Shown here piece by piece: positions 49,501 to 60,442 of a DNA stretch of 64,000 nt (its first letter is position 1; every line of letters begins with the position of its first letter). The notes under the pieces were generated by a model, which was not told the DNA's origin, did no database searches, and worked only from the letters and a program-made list of their open reading frames with translations. The position numbers and the translations under genes are program-made. Source of the DNA: an uncultured Bacteroidota bacterium (lineage in GTDB: Bacteria > Bacteroidota > Ignavibacteria > UBA10030 > UBA6906); NCBI GenBank assembly GCA_963700635.1, contig CAVOYH010000003.1:320001-384000 (forward strand), read 5' to 3'.

Positions 49501-50556
49501 CCAGAGTGATCCATCCCGACGCCTGAGAATCTCCAGCACCGCTGTCGCGGGTACAGGTGGATGCGGGCGATAGTACACCCACCGCCGTGCCGAGAGCCGG
49601 CACAGGTGCAGGCCATTGGACTTGCCAACCCAGAGATCTCCGTTCACACGAAATTGCGCGAACGCAGATCCGACGAATGCGGGAGGGGACTGCATCGCGT
49701 AAGGCGGGCTGGATTTCCTGTAGGTACGAAGAAGCCCCGTTTCTTCAATGTGTGTCAGCTCTCCCCGGGCTCCAATGAGAATATACGGAATGGCCTCCAG
49801 ACCGTTTTCAGTTAGTCGATGGGGAGGACCGCCCCGTTCCCACGTCCAAAACCCGGCCTTGTCAGCCGGCTGTACCACCAGGGCGCCACCATTGTGGTGG
49901 GCATCTTCGGTAAACCGTGCAATCTCAGTGGGAATCCCTCCGAACCCCAGGAATTTTGTCCACTGCTTCCCATCACCCAGATACAGTCCGAGCGATGTGT
50001 TCACCCAGACCCGACCCGCAGACCATGACCTGACGTCACTCAGTACAAACTCATGAGAACTCTCTAGTCTTGGCGCAGGCTCCAGAACAGATCCATGCAA
50101 CAGATAGGGAATTCCATCGGCGGTCAGGAGCATAAAACGACCCGAGGGCAGAAGAGCGCCGGAAGTGAACGGGGGCCGGGAAGTATCCGGGTCTATGACA
50201 AGCTCTTTGAAACCCGCCCTATTGCCAAGATAGATACTCCTGCCCATAACGACCAGCACATTCGTATCCCGGTCGGCGAGCATAAAGGTACCCCTTCCGG
50301 CAGGCAGCCCCTGGCGCGGACCAACCGGATTCCAGAGATATCCGTCGAACCATGCAAGCCCGCGCGCAGTCGAGACCCATGGTACATTGTTCGACGTTTC
50401 AAGGAGAGCAAGGACCCTGTTTGACGGGAGTCCGTGCTCCACCGTAAACGTGGTCCACCGCCATACATCATGGAGACCATCGATTTGCGCGGGAAGGGAC
50501 GTTGCGAAGAGCGAACAAAGCGTAACGACACCCACGAACTTCGACCGGGTGGACAC
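46504..50556 (-). CDS. Sensor kinase: Reg_prop beta-propellers, Y_Y_Y-like domain, TM, 3 PAS, HisKA_2/HATPase
   Basis: GLPSNRV and GLANDGVW propeller repeats, PAS ends (RDVTERK, EDITERE, REITERR), H-box LKEIHHRVKNNLQ, ETLGLQLV. Confidence 0.92.
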   Translation of the reverse strand: MSTRSKFVGVVTLCSLFATSLPAQIDGLHDVWRWTTFTVEHGLPSNRVLALLETSNNVPWVSTARGLAWFDGYLWNPVGPRQGLPAGRGTFMLADRDTNVLVVMGRSIYLGNRAGFKELVIDPDTSRPPFTSGALLPSGRFMLLTADGIPYLLHGSVLEPAPRLESSHEFVLSDVRSWSAGRVWVNTSLGLYLGDGKQWTKFLGFGGIPTEIARFTEDAHHNGGALVVQPADKAGFWTWERGGPPHRLTENGLEAIPYILIGARGELTHIEETGLLRTYRKSSPPYAMQSPPAFVGSAFAQFRVNGDLWVGKSNGLHLCRLSARRWVYYRPHPPVPATAVLEILRRRDGSLWVGTTGGIEIHEGQGAGSKISSVDGLPIRTITGLMEDLQGNVWVTSGSAFTGAFCFDGERWTRYGPAEGLDSRFYHRIIRDRSNTLWFLGLETGMTSQQKSLQRSGVFRWDGHRFEMWGEEHEPLHTSVYAMDESAEGTYWFGTIKGLSRWTKGVWKHWATRDGLRSDRVFTLFAPHDGEIWFGDQVHGLGSFTNGQFRYLTTADGLANDGVWEVAGENSGRLWISTRGGASSLYHGVWTTFDGGTGLTHTALWPVLPEDSRVYLGSVGGGTAILHRPTDSLAHIRIVFAEPVIEENHAHIRWYAYPWWGEQSTDGLETRFRIDDGPWSAWSGHRETVAEELEAGDHTFVVQAKDLYGSFDPSGAVLRFVVVSPLFLQPAFALLLIFLASSTVALGWVVLRRRTRQRTDTRITDETSRALLDASADPSYLLDSTGKVLAINQAARSRPGAPPAGSSFFSRIPPALVDSRRIAMEQVIQSGQALRLEDQHDGKHFEHSLHPVPDPRGEATRITFSTRDVTERKQLEATLRSTVQFLQQILESSTTVAIISTDRQGLVRFWNAGAYNVLGFNSDEAVGRITLEHFLPSDDPAHREALVDVSMRVLGGQETVVQVMPFVHKDGRSRTLRVTFSPQNESTGLVQGMLLIGEDITERELARRETEQAERQLRLLAFTLNCAKDAFVITDLDDLILYVNQAFVDTYGYTEEELNGKNVMIVRSPKTPPELAESIRVGTRGSGWSGEVINRRKNGEEFPAELWTSTVRNDQGQPVALVGVAREITERRETENKIKASLEEKEILLKEIHHRVKNNLQIITSLLSLQSAKIPNEEIQAILKESQTRVKSMALVHEELYQSEDLSRVDFADYIRRLTTNLFHTYRTGPVPVSLLVDVEEVYLTVDTAIPCGLMINELVSNALKHAFRGGEGSTVTIRLQRDNTEFLLTVQDNGVGLPPEVDPATTETLGLQLVSTLTRQIGGILTVCRDHGTRFEVRFEEQPPHRRGD

Positions 50557-50557
50557 G

Positions 50558-53500
50558 TTAGAGCTCCGTCGGAAAAGTTATTGAAAAAGTTGTTCCACTA
50601 CCGCGGATCAGGTCGATCGTTCCGTTGATCTGTGCCGTCAATGTATTCACAAGCTGCATCCCCAGCGTGTTGGTCTTTCGAAAATCCATCTCGGCCGGAA
50701 AACCCACCCCGGTATCATGCACGGTAAGGACGGCGTTCTTGCCTTGTGACACCGACATGCTGATTTTTATCTCCCCCTGTACACCGCCGACAAAAGCATA
50801 CTTCAGCGCGTTGGAAACAAGCTCATTGATGATCAGTCCGCACGGAATGGCGGCCGTTACGGGCAGACTGATGTGTTCAAGCAGCGTCACCAGTCGAACC
50901 CCCGTCGGTTTGTATGAGCGTATCAGATAGCTGCAGAGACTTCTGACATAGTTCTCAAAGTCGATATTGGCCAGGTTCTTTGATTGATACAGGCGTTCGT
51001 GAATGAGTGCCATCGAACGGATTCGATGCTGGCTTTCCCGGAGCTGTTCGAGTGCACGATGGTCCGATACTTCGGCGGACTGCAGATTGAGCAGACTGGA
51101 GATAACCTGGAGGTTGTTCTTGACCCTGTGGTGTATCTCTTTGAGGAGGACTTCCTTTTCCTTCAAGGAGGTGGCAATCAGAGCCTCGTTGCGTTTTCTC
51201 GATGTAATGTTCGTCATCGTGCCGAGCATCCGCTTTACAACCCCTTCTGATCCATCAAGAAAGACTCCGTTGTCAAAAATGTCGACATACGTGCCGTCTT
51301 TATGAAGGAACTGGTATTCAATATCATAATGTTTGTGTGAAGTCATAGCGGTGTTCAGCGCCGCCAATGCAGCGTCCCGATCATCCGGGTGGATCATCTC
51401 CTCCCAGCGTTTGATCGTCACGGTCTGAAATTCCTGATTGGTGTATCCGGTCACATCCGTGATCGCTCCGTACCAGGCAATATCACCGGAAGCGACATCG
51501 TAGTCATAGATCAGCTGTCCGGTTTGTTCCGCCAGCACCCGGTACCGTTCTTCGCTCATCGCCAGATCCCGCTCGGCTTGTTTTCTGTCGGTGATGTCGC
51601 GCCCGACCACCTGAAGTTCCTGTACCTCTTCCCGCTCGTTCGTGATGGCATCGGCAATCCACCGTATCCAGCGGGCTGTCCCGTCGTTCGACGTGAATGA
51701 AACATCCAATTCACGGGGGAACGAAGCTGTGGGCGCTTCATACAGGGCAGCGAGCGTATTGTCCGAAGGATCGGTCCTGAAGACGGAGAAGAGTGTTTGC
51801 CCGATAAGCTCTTCACGGGAACGCCCCAGCAAAGTGCACACGGCTTCGTTCACAAACGAAAGCCGCCCGTCCGGAAGAGTCCTCACGATCAGATCAATCT
51901 GCTGGTCAACCACAGCCCGGTATCGTTCATCACGCGCGCGTAACTGGTTAAGGTGCTCCCGTTTCTTGCGGCTGAGACGTATGGCAAGGATCATGAGCAG
52001 AATCGAGAGCACCCCCATGGGAACGAGAAACTGAGGATTCAAAAAGAACGGGGGCGGCACCTCAAAATGCAGAACTGGGGGGCTGTTATCGACCTGTGCA
52101 AGCATTCCGCGAGCCTGGACTTCGAACGTGTGCTTGCCGGACGAGAGGTTCGCAATGTCAGCGGTACCGGAAACATCCCAGGGCGACCACTTCTCCCGGT
52201 CCACCCGGTAACGGGTTTCTACCTCCGCCGCCGGGAGAAATTCCCTGGACGCAAAGGTCTGCCATGCGAAATGAACGATGTCGCCCCGATGAACCGGCTC
52301 TTGATAACGGACGATCGGTGGCGGACCTTCGAGCACGCCGACGTCAAGAATCATCACCCCGGAATAACTGGTCCCGACGAAGAGCCTCTTCCCTTTCATC
52401 TCCAATGGCCAGAGACTCGGATTCCGCAGTCCTTCTCTTTGACCAAAAAGAGACCACGCCCCGTGATCATGGACCGCCAGCCCCTCCCGTGTTGCCACCC
52501 AGAGCCGGCCGGAATAATCAACGAGCAGATCCCACACTGATTGGGGAGGAATAGCGTCTTCGGGCGTAGCGTACACAGGAACATCAAGAGAATCAATATA
52601 CCCCAGTCCATTCGACTGATGCCCGAACCAGAGGCGATTGTCTTTGTCGACAGCAAGTGTGAACACCCGGTTCGAACGCAGACCGTTCTCCACGTTCCAA
52701 TAGGTCCACGCATTTCCCTTCTTCCGTGCCAGGCCCCTGAGACCCCCGAACCAGTATGCACCCGAGGAATCGTGTGCCAGCGCATAGACCCTCCCGCGCA
52801 ACATCCCCTCCGGTTCGGCCACACGCACAAACCGCTTTCCATCATAAACGTATGGGCCATCTTCGGGGGTTTGCGAAACTCCGGGAGCCAACCGGCTGAT
52901 TGTCAGAAACCAGAGATTTCCGTTCCGATCGTTTGTGATCCTGTGGACACTGTTGTCTGTAAACCCTTCACGCGATCCGTAATGCCTCCATGAATTTCCA
53001 TCCCAGCGGAAGGCGCCGCCAAACGAGGCACCGCTGGATACCCATATGTTGCCCCGGACATCTTCTGCCAACCCCGTGACAATACCGAGGGATACCCCAT
53101 TGATCTCCCGGAGATGCCGATCGAGAGTGCTATCCCGGTACACGCGGATCCCTTCCGATGACCCTATCCACGATGATCCATCCCGGGAAAACAACAATTC
53201 GTTGATGGCGTTTGACCGGGTTCGGTCTGACTGAAAGAGCGACTTCCAGATTTGAGATGACAACCGACACACGTAGACACCGTTGGATTTGGCAATCCAG
53301 AGATCTCCCCGGGAATCAAAATAGACCCCGATAGCACCGAGCATGGCCGGAGGAACAGACGGTATCTTCTGCCATGTCGTTCCCACCCGGACACTGATAT
53401 CACCCGACGATTGTATTACAAGGAACGATCCATCGGGGTGAATGCCGAGAGAGGTGAAGGTTTCGACCGGTTCCACCTGGGTCCTCCGCACCGTCCCTCC

Positions 53501-54277
53501 GGATTCCCATTCCCAGAATTCCAGACGAATCCCTATATGTGCGCTCAGCGCACCGTATCCCGACTCATTTTCACCCGCAACGGTCGATACCAGATAAGCC
53601 CCGCTGACGGCCTGAAGCCGCCTCCAGCGATTGCCTTCAAGGCGGTACAATCCATCCGGGGCGTTAAGGAGCGCCGTGCCTGCCTTCGAAGAATATATCT
53701 GGAAGGGATGTTCCGGGACGCGTGTTGTGAGGGGATGTTCGAACGGAGAAGGAAATAGTGAGAGTGTATCATGATGCAGCAGGTACAGAGATCTGTCACT
53801 CTGGAGAAGCAGCCCGCGACCGGGCAAGACAACCGCCCTGTTCACCTGCACTGCGGCGCCGTTGTGCATCAGCGGGATCGGCGTGTATCCCTGTGAGTCG
53901 ACCCGAAAAACTGCCGGAGGAACGACGAGGAGTATTCCGGCCGAATCAGCGAGAGTGCTTGCCCTGCCAAGATGGGGAACGAGAGTGTCAGGGGGAAGAG
54001 TCTGCCAGCGGTATCCGTCGTACCACGCAAGAGCGGAACGCGTTCGAACCCACAGTGTTCCCGTGGGGCTCTCGATGATATCATACACCGGTCCGGGAGG
54101 GATCCCTGATTCAACGCCAAACCATTTCCACCGCCATTCCTGCGACAGATCTGATAGGCGGGCCTGTGCGACAAGATCCGGGACATATCCTCCCAGCAGC
54201 ATCCCGCAGAATAATAGACCCACCCAGAAGCGGGAGCACGTGTTCTCCCCGCAGCGAACCCGTTCGGCATTTTTCAT
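50558..54277 (-). CDS. Sensor kinase: Reg_prop beta-propellers, Y_Y_Y-like domain, TM, 2 PAS, HisKA_2/HATPase
   Basis: Same architecture as its neighbour; LKEIHHRVKNNLQ and IHPDD PAS motif. Start at MKNAE (54277) after GAGGGAG. Confidence 0.92.
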   Translation of the reverse strand: MKNAERVRCGENTCSRFWVGLLFCGMLLGGYVPDLVAQARLSDLSQEWRWKWFGVESGIPPGPVYDIIESPTGTLWVRTRSALAWYDGYRWQTLPPDTLVPHLGRASTLADSAGILLVVPPAVFRVDSQGYTPIPLMHNGAAVQVNRAVVLPGRGLLLQSDRSLYLLHHDTLSLFPSPFEHPLTTRVPEHPFQIYSSKAGTALLNAPDGLYRLEGNRWRRLQAVSGAYLVSTVAGENESGYGALSAHIGIRLEFWEWESGGTVRRTQVEPVETFTSLGIHPDGSFLVIQSSGDISVRVGTTWQKIPSVPPAMLGAIGVYFDSRGDLWIAKSNGVYVCRLSSQIWKSLFQSDRTRSNAINELLFSRDGSSWIGSSEGIRVYRDSTLDRHLREINGVSLGIVTGLAEDVRGNIWVSSGASFGGAFRWDGNSWRHYGSREGFTDNSVHRITNDRNGNLWFLTISRLAPGVSQTPEDGPYVYDGKRFVRVAEPEGMLRGRVYALAHDSSGAYWFGGLRGLARKKGNAWTYWNVENGLRSNRVFTLAVDKDNRLWFGHQSNGLGYIDSLDVPVYATPEDAIPPQSVWDLLVDYSGRLWVATREGLAVHDHGAWSLFGQREGLRNPSLWPLEMKGKRLFVGTSYSGVMILDVGVLEGPPPIVRYQEPVHRGDIVHFAWQTFASREFLPAAEVETRYRVDREKWSPWDVSGTADIANLSSGKHTFEVQARGMLAQVDNSPPVLHFEVPPPFFLNPQFLVPMGVLSILLMILAIRLSRKKREHLNQLRARDERYRAVVDQQIDLIVRTLPDGRLSFVNEAVCTLLGRSREELIGQTLFSVFRTDPSDNTLAALYEAPTASFPRELDVSFTSNDGTARWIRWIADAITNEREEVQELQVVGRDITDRKQAERDLAMSEERYRVLAEQTGQLIYDYDVASGDIAWYGAITDVTGYTNQEFQTVTIKRWEEMIHPDDRDAALAALNTAMTSHKHYDIEYQFLHKDGTYVDIFDNGVFLDGSEGVVKRMLGTMTNITSRKRNEALIATSLKEKEVLLKEIHHRVKNNLQVISSLLNLQSAEVSDHRALEQLRESQHRIRSMALIHERLYQSKNLANIDFENYVRSLCSYLIRSYKPTGVRLVTLLEHISLPVTAAIPCGLIINELVSNALKYAFVGGVQGEIKISMSVSQGKNAVLTVHDTGVGFPAEMDFRKTNTLGMQLVNTLTAQINGTIDLIRGSGTTFSITFPTEL

Positions 54278-54279
54278 TC

Positions 54280-55035
54280 TTACTCCCTCGAGACCGCTGC
54301 CAGCGCAGCCCCCACGATCCCGGCCTCGTTTCGTAGAAGCGCCGGAACCACCTCCGCTTTGGTGGTGATTTCCGGCAGAAAGCGGGACGCCCTGCGGCTC
54401 ACACCGCCCCCAACAATGATCAGGTCCGGCCACAGCACATTCTCCAGTGCGAGAAGGAAAACATTCACCCGTTTTCCCCAGTTCTTCCAGGAAAGATCTT
54501 TGACCTTTTTGATACGTGCGGACGCCCGCACCTCGGCGGGGCTTCCGCGGACTTCCATCTGCCCGAATTCGGTGTTCGGAACAAGGTGACCATTCACGAA
54601 CACCGACGTCCCGATCCCTGTCCCGAACGTCGTGACCACCACCACACCTGTTCGTCCCTTTCCGGCGCCGAATTGCATTTCGGCGAGTCCTGCTGCGTCG
54701 GCGTCGTTGACCACTGTCACCGGACATCCACAGGCTTTGCCGTACACATCCGATACGTTCACGCCAATCCAGGATCTATCGAGATTCGCAAGCGAACGTA
54801 CACGTCCGTTCTTGATCGGCCCGGGCATGCCGCATCCCACAGCCCCATGCCATTCAAAATGACGGACAACACGTGCCACCACACGGGCGATTCTCTTTGG
54901 ATCAGCCGGAGTGGGTGTTTTCAAGCGGTATCGTTCTGTGACAAGAGTCCCTTTGTCCACATCGACAATCGCACCTTTGATTCCGCTGCCGCCGACATCG
55001 ATTCCCAGAATCAGATGTGCGCGCGGAGTGCTCAC
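54280..55035 (-). CDS. ppgK: Polyphosphate glucokinase (ROK family)
   Basis: [51 protein letters not shown]. Confidence 0.88.
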   Translation of the reverse strand: MSTPRAHLILGIDVGGSGIKGAIVDVDKGTLVTERYRLKTPTPADPKRIARVVARVVRHFEWHGAVGCGMPGPIKNGRVRSLANLDRSWIGVNVSDVYGKACGCPVTVVNDADAAGLAEMQFGAGKGRTGVVVVTTFGTGIGTSVFVNGHLVPNTEFGQMEVRGSPAEVRASARIKKVKDLSWKNWGKRVNVFLLALENVLWPDLIIVGGGVSRRASRFLPEITTKAEVVPALLRNEAGIVGAALAAVSRE

Positions 55036-56168
55036 AGGGTGGTTCGTTTCACATTCAGATTTCTGGTGAGACCGTCGAAGGATTTTTCGAATGCAGCAAC
55101 ACCGTCACGTTCGAGCGTTTCAAGAACGCGTTCCATCTCTATCCCGGCTTTCTCCAACGCGGCAAGAGTGCTCCGCGCACCCTCAAGATCATGTTCCACC
55201 GAAAGGGCCGGGCGGCAGTGCGAAAGAATTGCAGCGTACGTGGCAGGCGGGACAGTGTTCACCGTGTGAGGTCCGATGAGCGTATCGACGTACAACAGAT
55301 CGCTGTACGCAGGGTTTTTTGTGCCGGTGCTTCCCCATAGAGGGCGCTGAACCGTTGCGCCTTGTTTCTTCAATGCATCAAATCGCGGGGACGAGAATAT
55401 TCGTTTGAAGGCCTGATAGATGATCTTTGTGTTTGCGACTGCAGCCTTGCCTGCAAGCGCGCTGAGCCGGTCGGCCTCTACTCCGGCAAGTTCCCGGATC
55501 CTGACGCCGATCTGTTCGTCAACCATGGTATCAATACGGCTCACAAACACGCTTGCAACGGATGCCACCCGGGCGATTGGTTTACCCGCTTGTATCCGTT
55601 GCTCCAATCCGCGGAGATAGGCATCCGCGACTTCTTCATATCGTGCGGCGGAAAAGATGAGGGTTACATTGATATTGATCCCGTCGCTGATGGCCTGCGT
55701 AATGGCCGGCAATCCCTCGCGGGTGGCCGGAATCTTGATCATGGTGTTCGGGCGGTCAACACGCTCCCAGAGATCTTTCACTTCCAGACTCGTGCCGCTG
55801 GTATCCCGCGCCCTGGATGGCGTTACCTCTATACTCACAAAGCCGTCGCGTCCGGAAGTGCGCTGATAGACAGGCAACAATACATCCGCCGCCATCTGGA
55901 TGTCTTCCACCATCAGTGCGCGAATCAGGTGGTCGGTGCCCATTGCGGGAGCCGCACGGAGTAGCGAGAGGATCTGCGCATCATAGTCGGCACTCCCCGA
56001 TATGGCCTTCTCAAAGATCGTAGGGTTTGACGTCACCCCGAGGAGCCCCTGGTCCACCATCTGTTGTAATTCTCCGCTGCGGAGGACAGTCCGGCTGATG
56101 TTGTCGTACCAGATACTCTGACCCAGAGATTCCAGCTTGTGAAGAGGGTTCATCACATGCGCTTTCAT
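55032..56168 (-). CDS. tal: Transaldolase (type 2, long form)
   Basis: [57 protein letters not shown]. Confidence 0.95.
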   Translation of the reverse strand: MKAHVMNPLHKLESLGQSIWYDNISRTVLRSGELQQMVDQGLLGVTSNPTIFEKAISGSADYDAQILSLLRAAPAMGTDHLIRALMVEDIQMAADVLLPVYQRTSGRDGFVSIEVTPSRARDTSGTSLEVKDLWERVDRPNTMIKIPATREGLPAITQAISDGININVTLIFSAARYEEVADAYLRGLEQRIQAGKPIARVASVASVFVSRIDTMVDEQIGVRIRELAGVEADRLSALAGKAAVANTKIIYQAFKRIFSSPRFDALKKQGATVQRPLWGSTGTKNPAYSDLLYVDTLIGPHTVNTVPPATYAAILSHCRPALSVEHDLEGARSTLAALEKAGIEMERVLETLERDGVAAFEKSFDGLTRNLNVKRTTL

Positions 56169-56614
56169 CGTTGGAGATTTTCGATATCCAGGATCTTGTT
56201 CAGACGACGGACATGCCGATCTTCGTAGGAAAACGTCGCACCCAGAAACGCATGAACGATATCCAGAGAGAGCGCCGTACCGATAACACGCGATCCCAGA
56301 CAGAGAATATTGACATCGTCATGCTCAACGCACTGGTGGGCAGAATAGGTGTCATGACAGAGTCCGGCGCGGATGCCCTTGATCTTGTTGGCCGCCACAC
56401 TTGCCCCGACTCCGCTTCCACACACGAGAATGCCACGGTCGGCCCGGCCTTCAACAAGCGCTGTCCCCAGTGCGCGGGCCCATTCCGGATAGTCGGACGG
56501 CGTTTCATCAAACGCGCCTAGGTCCGTTATCGTCGCACCTTCCTGTCCGAGCCGTTCCAGCAGGAACCGCTTGAGCGCAAATCCGGCATGATCACCGGCA
56601 ATGGCAATTTTCAT
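56165..56614 (-). CDS. rpiB: Ribose-5-phosphate isomerase B
   Basis: [28 protein letters not shown]. Confidence 0.95.
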   Translation of the reverse strand: MKIAIAGDHAGFALKRFLLERLGQEGATITDLGAFDETPSDYPEWARALGTALVEGRADRGILVCGSGVGASVAANKIKGIRAGLCHDTYSAHQCVEHDDVNILCLGSRVIGTALSLDIVHAFLGATFSYEDRHVRRLNKILDIENLQR

Positions 56615-58656
56615 ACGAGCAGCCTCCTTGCGGCATCAACAACGGCGTCAGCCGTAATGCCGAGATTTCTGTACACCGTCTCATACGGAGCGGATGCACC
56701 ATACCCTTTCATCCCGATAAAAACGCCCCTGGTACCCAGATAACGTTCCCATCCCATCCCGACTCCTGCTTCAACAGCAACACGGGCCGTGACGGCCGGT
56801 GGAAGTACTTCATGGCGATATGATTCCGTTTGGGCTTCGAACAAATCCCAGGATGGCATACTCACGACACGGGCTGCCACTCCGGCGGAGGAGAGCGTAT
56901 CGTAGGCCGCAAGAGCTATGGATGTTTCTGAACCTGTCCCGATGAGGAGAACCTCGGGTTCAGGAGATCCACAAAGCGTGTACGCCCCGCGCACAAGACC
57001 CTCCGCAGGTGCGTACTTCTTCCTGTCCAGCACCGGCAGCTTCTGACGCGTCAGCGCCAGTACCACGGGACCAGACCGGTGTTCAAGGGCGAACTTCCAT
57101 GCCATGGCCGTTTCGTTTGCATCGGCAGGCCTGATCACCGTCAGTCCGGGCATACATCGTAACGAAGCAAACTGCTCTACCGCCTGGTGCGTTGGTCCGT
57201 CTTCACCAAGCCCGATACTATCATGCGTAAAGACAAATATTGATGGGTACTGTGAAAGCGCGGCAAGACGGACCGCAGCGCGCATATAGTCGACAAAGCA
57301 GAAGAAGGTCGCACCAAAAGGGACCAGCAGATCGCTGACTGCAATACCGTTTACGAGCGCAGCCATCGCGTGTTCCCGCACGCCAAACCGCAGATACCGT
57401 CCGTTGCGTTGGGTCTTGCTGAAATCCACCGCCCCCTTAAAACGTGTGTTGTTGGAGGGCGTCAGATCGGCGGAACCGCCGATGACCAGGGGAAGATGGG
57501 GCAAAATGGCGTCCAGGACCTTCCCCTGCGCTTCCCGCGTCGCCATTAACTTTCCCGGTTCAAAAACAGGAACCGTGCTGCGCCAGAGATCTTCCCACTG
57601 TGCGGGCATCCGCCGTTCGGCCGCGTCACTGAACCTGCGCGCCTGCTCGGGATAGACCTCAGCGTATTTCTTAAAAAGACTCCTCCACTGCTCCTCCAGT
57701 CCGCGCCCCTTGGTCACCTGTTGCCGGAACAGCGAGAGGGCTTCGTCAGGGATATGGAAGGAGAGTCCGGGATCCCATCCATACCGTTGTTTTGTGAGTA
57801 CAATTTCTTCAGGACCCAGTGGCGAACCGTGTGCTTCATGGGTATCCTGCTTGTTCGGGCTTCCGAATCCGATATGCGTTCTGAGCTTGATCAACGACGG
57901 ACGGTGTTGCTCTGCTTTCGCCGCCACGAGCGCACGTTCAAACGTTCCCATATCATTACCATCCCCATCCACTGTCTGCACAAACCAACCATAGGCCTCA
58001 AAACGCCCGGCCACGTCTTCGCTGAAGGAAAGCGAAGTTGATCCGTCAATGGAGATCCTGTTGTCGTCATACAGAACTATCAGGTTGTTCAGCCCCAGGT
58101 GGCCAGCAAGAGAACACGCTTCTGCCGCTACCCCTTCCTGCAGGCATCCGTCCCCGGCGATGACATAGATACGGTAGTCGATCACCGGATAACCATCGGT
58201 GTTAAAAAACGCCTCAAGGTACTTTTCCGCGACGGCCATTCCAACCGCATTGGAGATCCCCTGTCCGAGCGGTCCGGTGGTGACCTCCACGCCGGGAGTG
58301 TGTCCGTATTCGGGATGACCGGGAGTCGGACTCCCCCACTGACGAAATTGTTTGATATCGTCCAGCGACATCGGGTAGCCGGTGAGATGGAGAAGGGAAT
58401 ACAACAACATACATCCGTGCCCTGCAGACAGCACAAACCGGTCCCGGTTCACCCAGCGGGGGTTGGACGGATTGTGACGGAGATGGCGTGTCCAGAGCAC
58501 ATAGGCGGCCGGTGCCATCCCCATGGTGATGCCCGGGTGACCTGACCTGGCCTTCTCTATGGCATCGATGCACAGACACCGGATCGTGTTGATGGAAAGC
58601 TCATCAAGTTCGCTGAGGCTCGGATGGCGGGGGATGCGTGAAACAGGCTGTGACAC
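56611..58656 (-). CDS. tkt: Transketolase
   Basis: [53 protein letters not shown]. Confidence 0.97.
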   Translation of the reverse strand: MSQPVSRIPRHPSLSELDELSINTIRCLCIDAIEKARSGHPGITMGMAPAAYVLWTRHLRHNPSNPRWVNRDRFVLSAGHGCMLLYSLLHLTGYPMSLDDIKQFRQWGSPTPGHPEYGHTPGVEVTTGPLGQGISNAVGMAVAEKYLEAFFNTDGYPVIDYRIYVIAGDGCLQEGVAAEACSLAGHLGLNNLIVLYDDNRISIDGSTSLSFSEDVAGRFEAYGWFVQTVDGDGNDMGTFERALVAAKAEQHRPSLIKLRTHIGFGSPNKQDTHEAHGSPLGPEEIVLTKQRYGWDPGLSFHIPDEALSLFRQQVTKGRGLEEQWRSLFKKYAEVYPEQARRFSDAAERRMPAQWEDLWRSTVPVFEPGKLMATREAQGKVLDAILPHLPLVIGGSADLTPSNNTRFKGAVDFSKTQRNGRYLRFGVREHAMAALVNGIAVSDLLVPFGATFFCFVDYMRAAVRLAALSQYPSIFVFTHDSIGLGEDGPTHQAVEQFASLRCMPGLTVIRPADANETAMAWKFALEHRSGPVVLALTRQKLPVLDRKKYAPAEGLVRGAYTLCGSPEPEVLLIGTGSETSIALAAYDTLSSAGVAARVVSMPSWDLFEAQTESYRHEVLPPAVTARVAVEAGVGMGWERYLGTRGVFIGMKGYGASAPYETVYRNLGITADAVVDAARRLLV

Positions 58657-58773
58657 GTATTCACTCCGGGTTAGAAGGTGAAAAAGATCGGCCTATGCAA
58701 GAAAAGATAGGAAAAATAAGGAGATATTCAACGCACGTGTACGAACGGCAGTCGTTGCAGGCGGGGCCTCATA

Positions 58774-60423
58774 TCAACCGCCGGATAGCTGCCGACGGAT
58801 CTCGGTGATGAGGCCGGTGGTTGAAGCGTCATGCCCGGTCACCGGATCCCGGGACGTGAGCTCGGACAGAATGGTTTTTGCCAGCTGTTTGCCCAGCTCC
58901 ACACCCCACTGGTCAAACGAGTTAATGCGCCAGATGATACCCTGGACAAAAATCTTCTGTTCATACAGTGCCAGAAGGGACCCGAGCGTGCGCGGGGTGA
59001 GCTGGGGGAACAGGATGCTTGTAGTCGGGCGGTTGCCTGGAAAAACCTTGTGTGGTAGAAGACGTTCAAGAGATGCTGTGCTCAGATTTCCCTGCTCGAG
59101 TTCCTGCCGTGCCTCAGCCGCCGTCTTCCCCTTCATCAGCGCTTCCGTCTGGGCGAGAAAGTTTGAGATGAGGAGTTGATGATGTGTGCCGACAGGATTG
59201 TGCGTCTTTGTCGGCATAAGAAAATCCGAAGGAATGAACTGTGTCCCCTGATGAAGAAGCTGAAAAAAAGCGTGCTGACCGTTTGTTCCCGGCTCGCCCC
59301 AGATTACCGGGCCCGTGGCATACTCAACCGGACTGCCCTCCCGGTCCACCCTCTTCCCGTTGCTCTCCATATCCGCCTGCTGGAGATACGCCGGGAGCCG
59401 GTAGAGGTACTGATCGTAGGGCAGGATGGCATGACTTCGTGCGCCAAAGAAGTTAATGTACCAGATCCCGAGCAGGGCAAGGAGGACAGGGCTGTTCTGT
59501 TCCAGAGGCGCCGTTCGAAAATGCTCGTCCATCTCGAAGGCCCCGGCCAGCAATTCCTCAAATCTGTCCATCCCGATTGCCAACGCTATGGAAAGTCCAA
59601 TTGCTGACCAGAGGGAATACCTCCCCCCCACCCAATCCCAGAATTCAAACATATTCCGGGGATCGATGCCAAATGCCCGGACCGCTTCGATGTTTGTCGA
59701 GAGGGCCACAAAGTGCCGCGCGATGTCAGCATTATCACCGAGCGCTGTCCGAAACCAGTCACGAGCCGCGTGTGCATTCGCAAGGGTTTCCTGCGTCGTG
59801 AAGGTCTTCGATGCAACAATAAAGAGGGTCGACTCCGGCCGGACCCTCCGGAGAACTTCCGCAATATGTGTTCCATCCACATTCGAAACAAAATGAACCT
59901 GCAGACGCGCATGGTGGTAAGGGCGGAGCGCTTCGGTTACCATCATCGGTCCCAGATCGGATCCCCCGATACCGATATTCACGATGTCGGTGACTTGCTG
60001 GCCGGTCGAACCCTTCCAGGTTCCTTCCTGAACGGCTGACACAAAAACACGCATGTGATCGATCACAGCACGGACGGCAGGCTGGACGTCATCGCCGTCC
60101 ACCACCATCGTACGACCAACGGGTGCACGGAGAGCCACATGAAACACCGCCCGGTCTTCTGTAAAATTGATCCTCTCACCCCGGAACATCCGGTCGCGCC
60201 ACACCTCGACGTCTTCCTGGCGTGCCAGCGCAACGAGCAGCTTCATCGTCTCGTCGGTGATGATATGTTTGGAGTAGTCGATGAACAGAGGACCTGTGCG
60301 AAGGGAGAACCGGGAGAAACGATCGGGATCGCGGGCGAACAATTCCCGCATGTGTACCGATTCCATTGTGGCCTGATGACCCTGAAGCGCCTTCCAGGCC
60401 GGCGAGGAGGTGAGAGGTACCAT
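58774..60423 (-). CDS. pgi: Glucose-6-phosphate isomerase
   Basis: [45 protein letters not shown]. Start at MVPLT after GGAAGG. Confidence 0.97.
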   Translation of the reverse strand: MVPLTSSPAWKALQGHQATMESVHMRELFARDPDRFSRFSLRTGPLFIDYSKHIITDETMKLLVALARQEDVEVWRDRMFRGERINFTEDRAVFHVALRAPVGRTMVVDGDDVQPAVRAVIDHMRVFVSAVQEGTWKGSTGQQVTDIVNIGIGGSDLGPMMVTEALRPYHHARLQVHFVSNVDGTHIAEVLRRVRPESTLFIVASKTFTTQETLANAHAARDWFRTALGDNADIARHFVALSTNIEAVRAFGIDPRNMFEFWDWVGGRYSLWSAIGLSIALAIGMDRFEELLAGAFEMDEHFRTAPLEQNSPVLLALLGIWYINFFGARSHAILPYDQYLYRLPAYLQQADMESNGKRVDREGSPVEYATGPVIWGEPGTNGQHAFFQLLHQGTQFIPSDFLMPTKTHNPVGTHHQLLISNFLAQTEALMKGKTAAEARQELEQGNLSTASLERLLPHKVFPGNRPTTSILFPQLTPRTLGSLLALYEQKIFVQGIIWRINSFDQWGVELGKQLAKTILSELTSRDPVTGHDASTTGLITEIRRQLSGG

Positions 60424-60442
60424 GAAGACCTTCCGTAGGCTC

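Noticed and set aside
47060-51180. Similar DNA at ~47060-47130 and ~51090-51170
   Set aside because: It is the conserved H-box coding sequence of the two paralogous kinases, not an independent repeat element.
54278-54727. 150-aa N-terminal extension of the 1389-aa kinase ORF
   Set aside because: It overlaps ppgK in another frame; a start at 54277 with RBS and signal-like sequence fits better.
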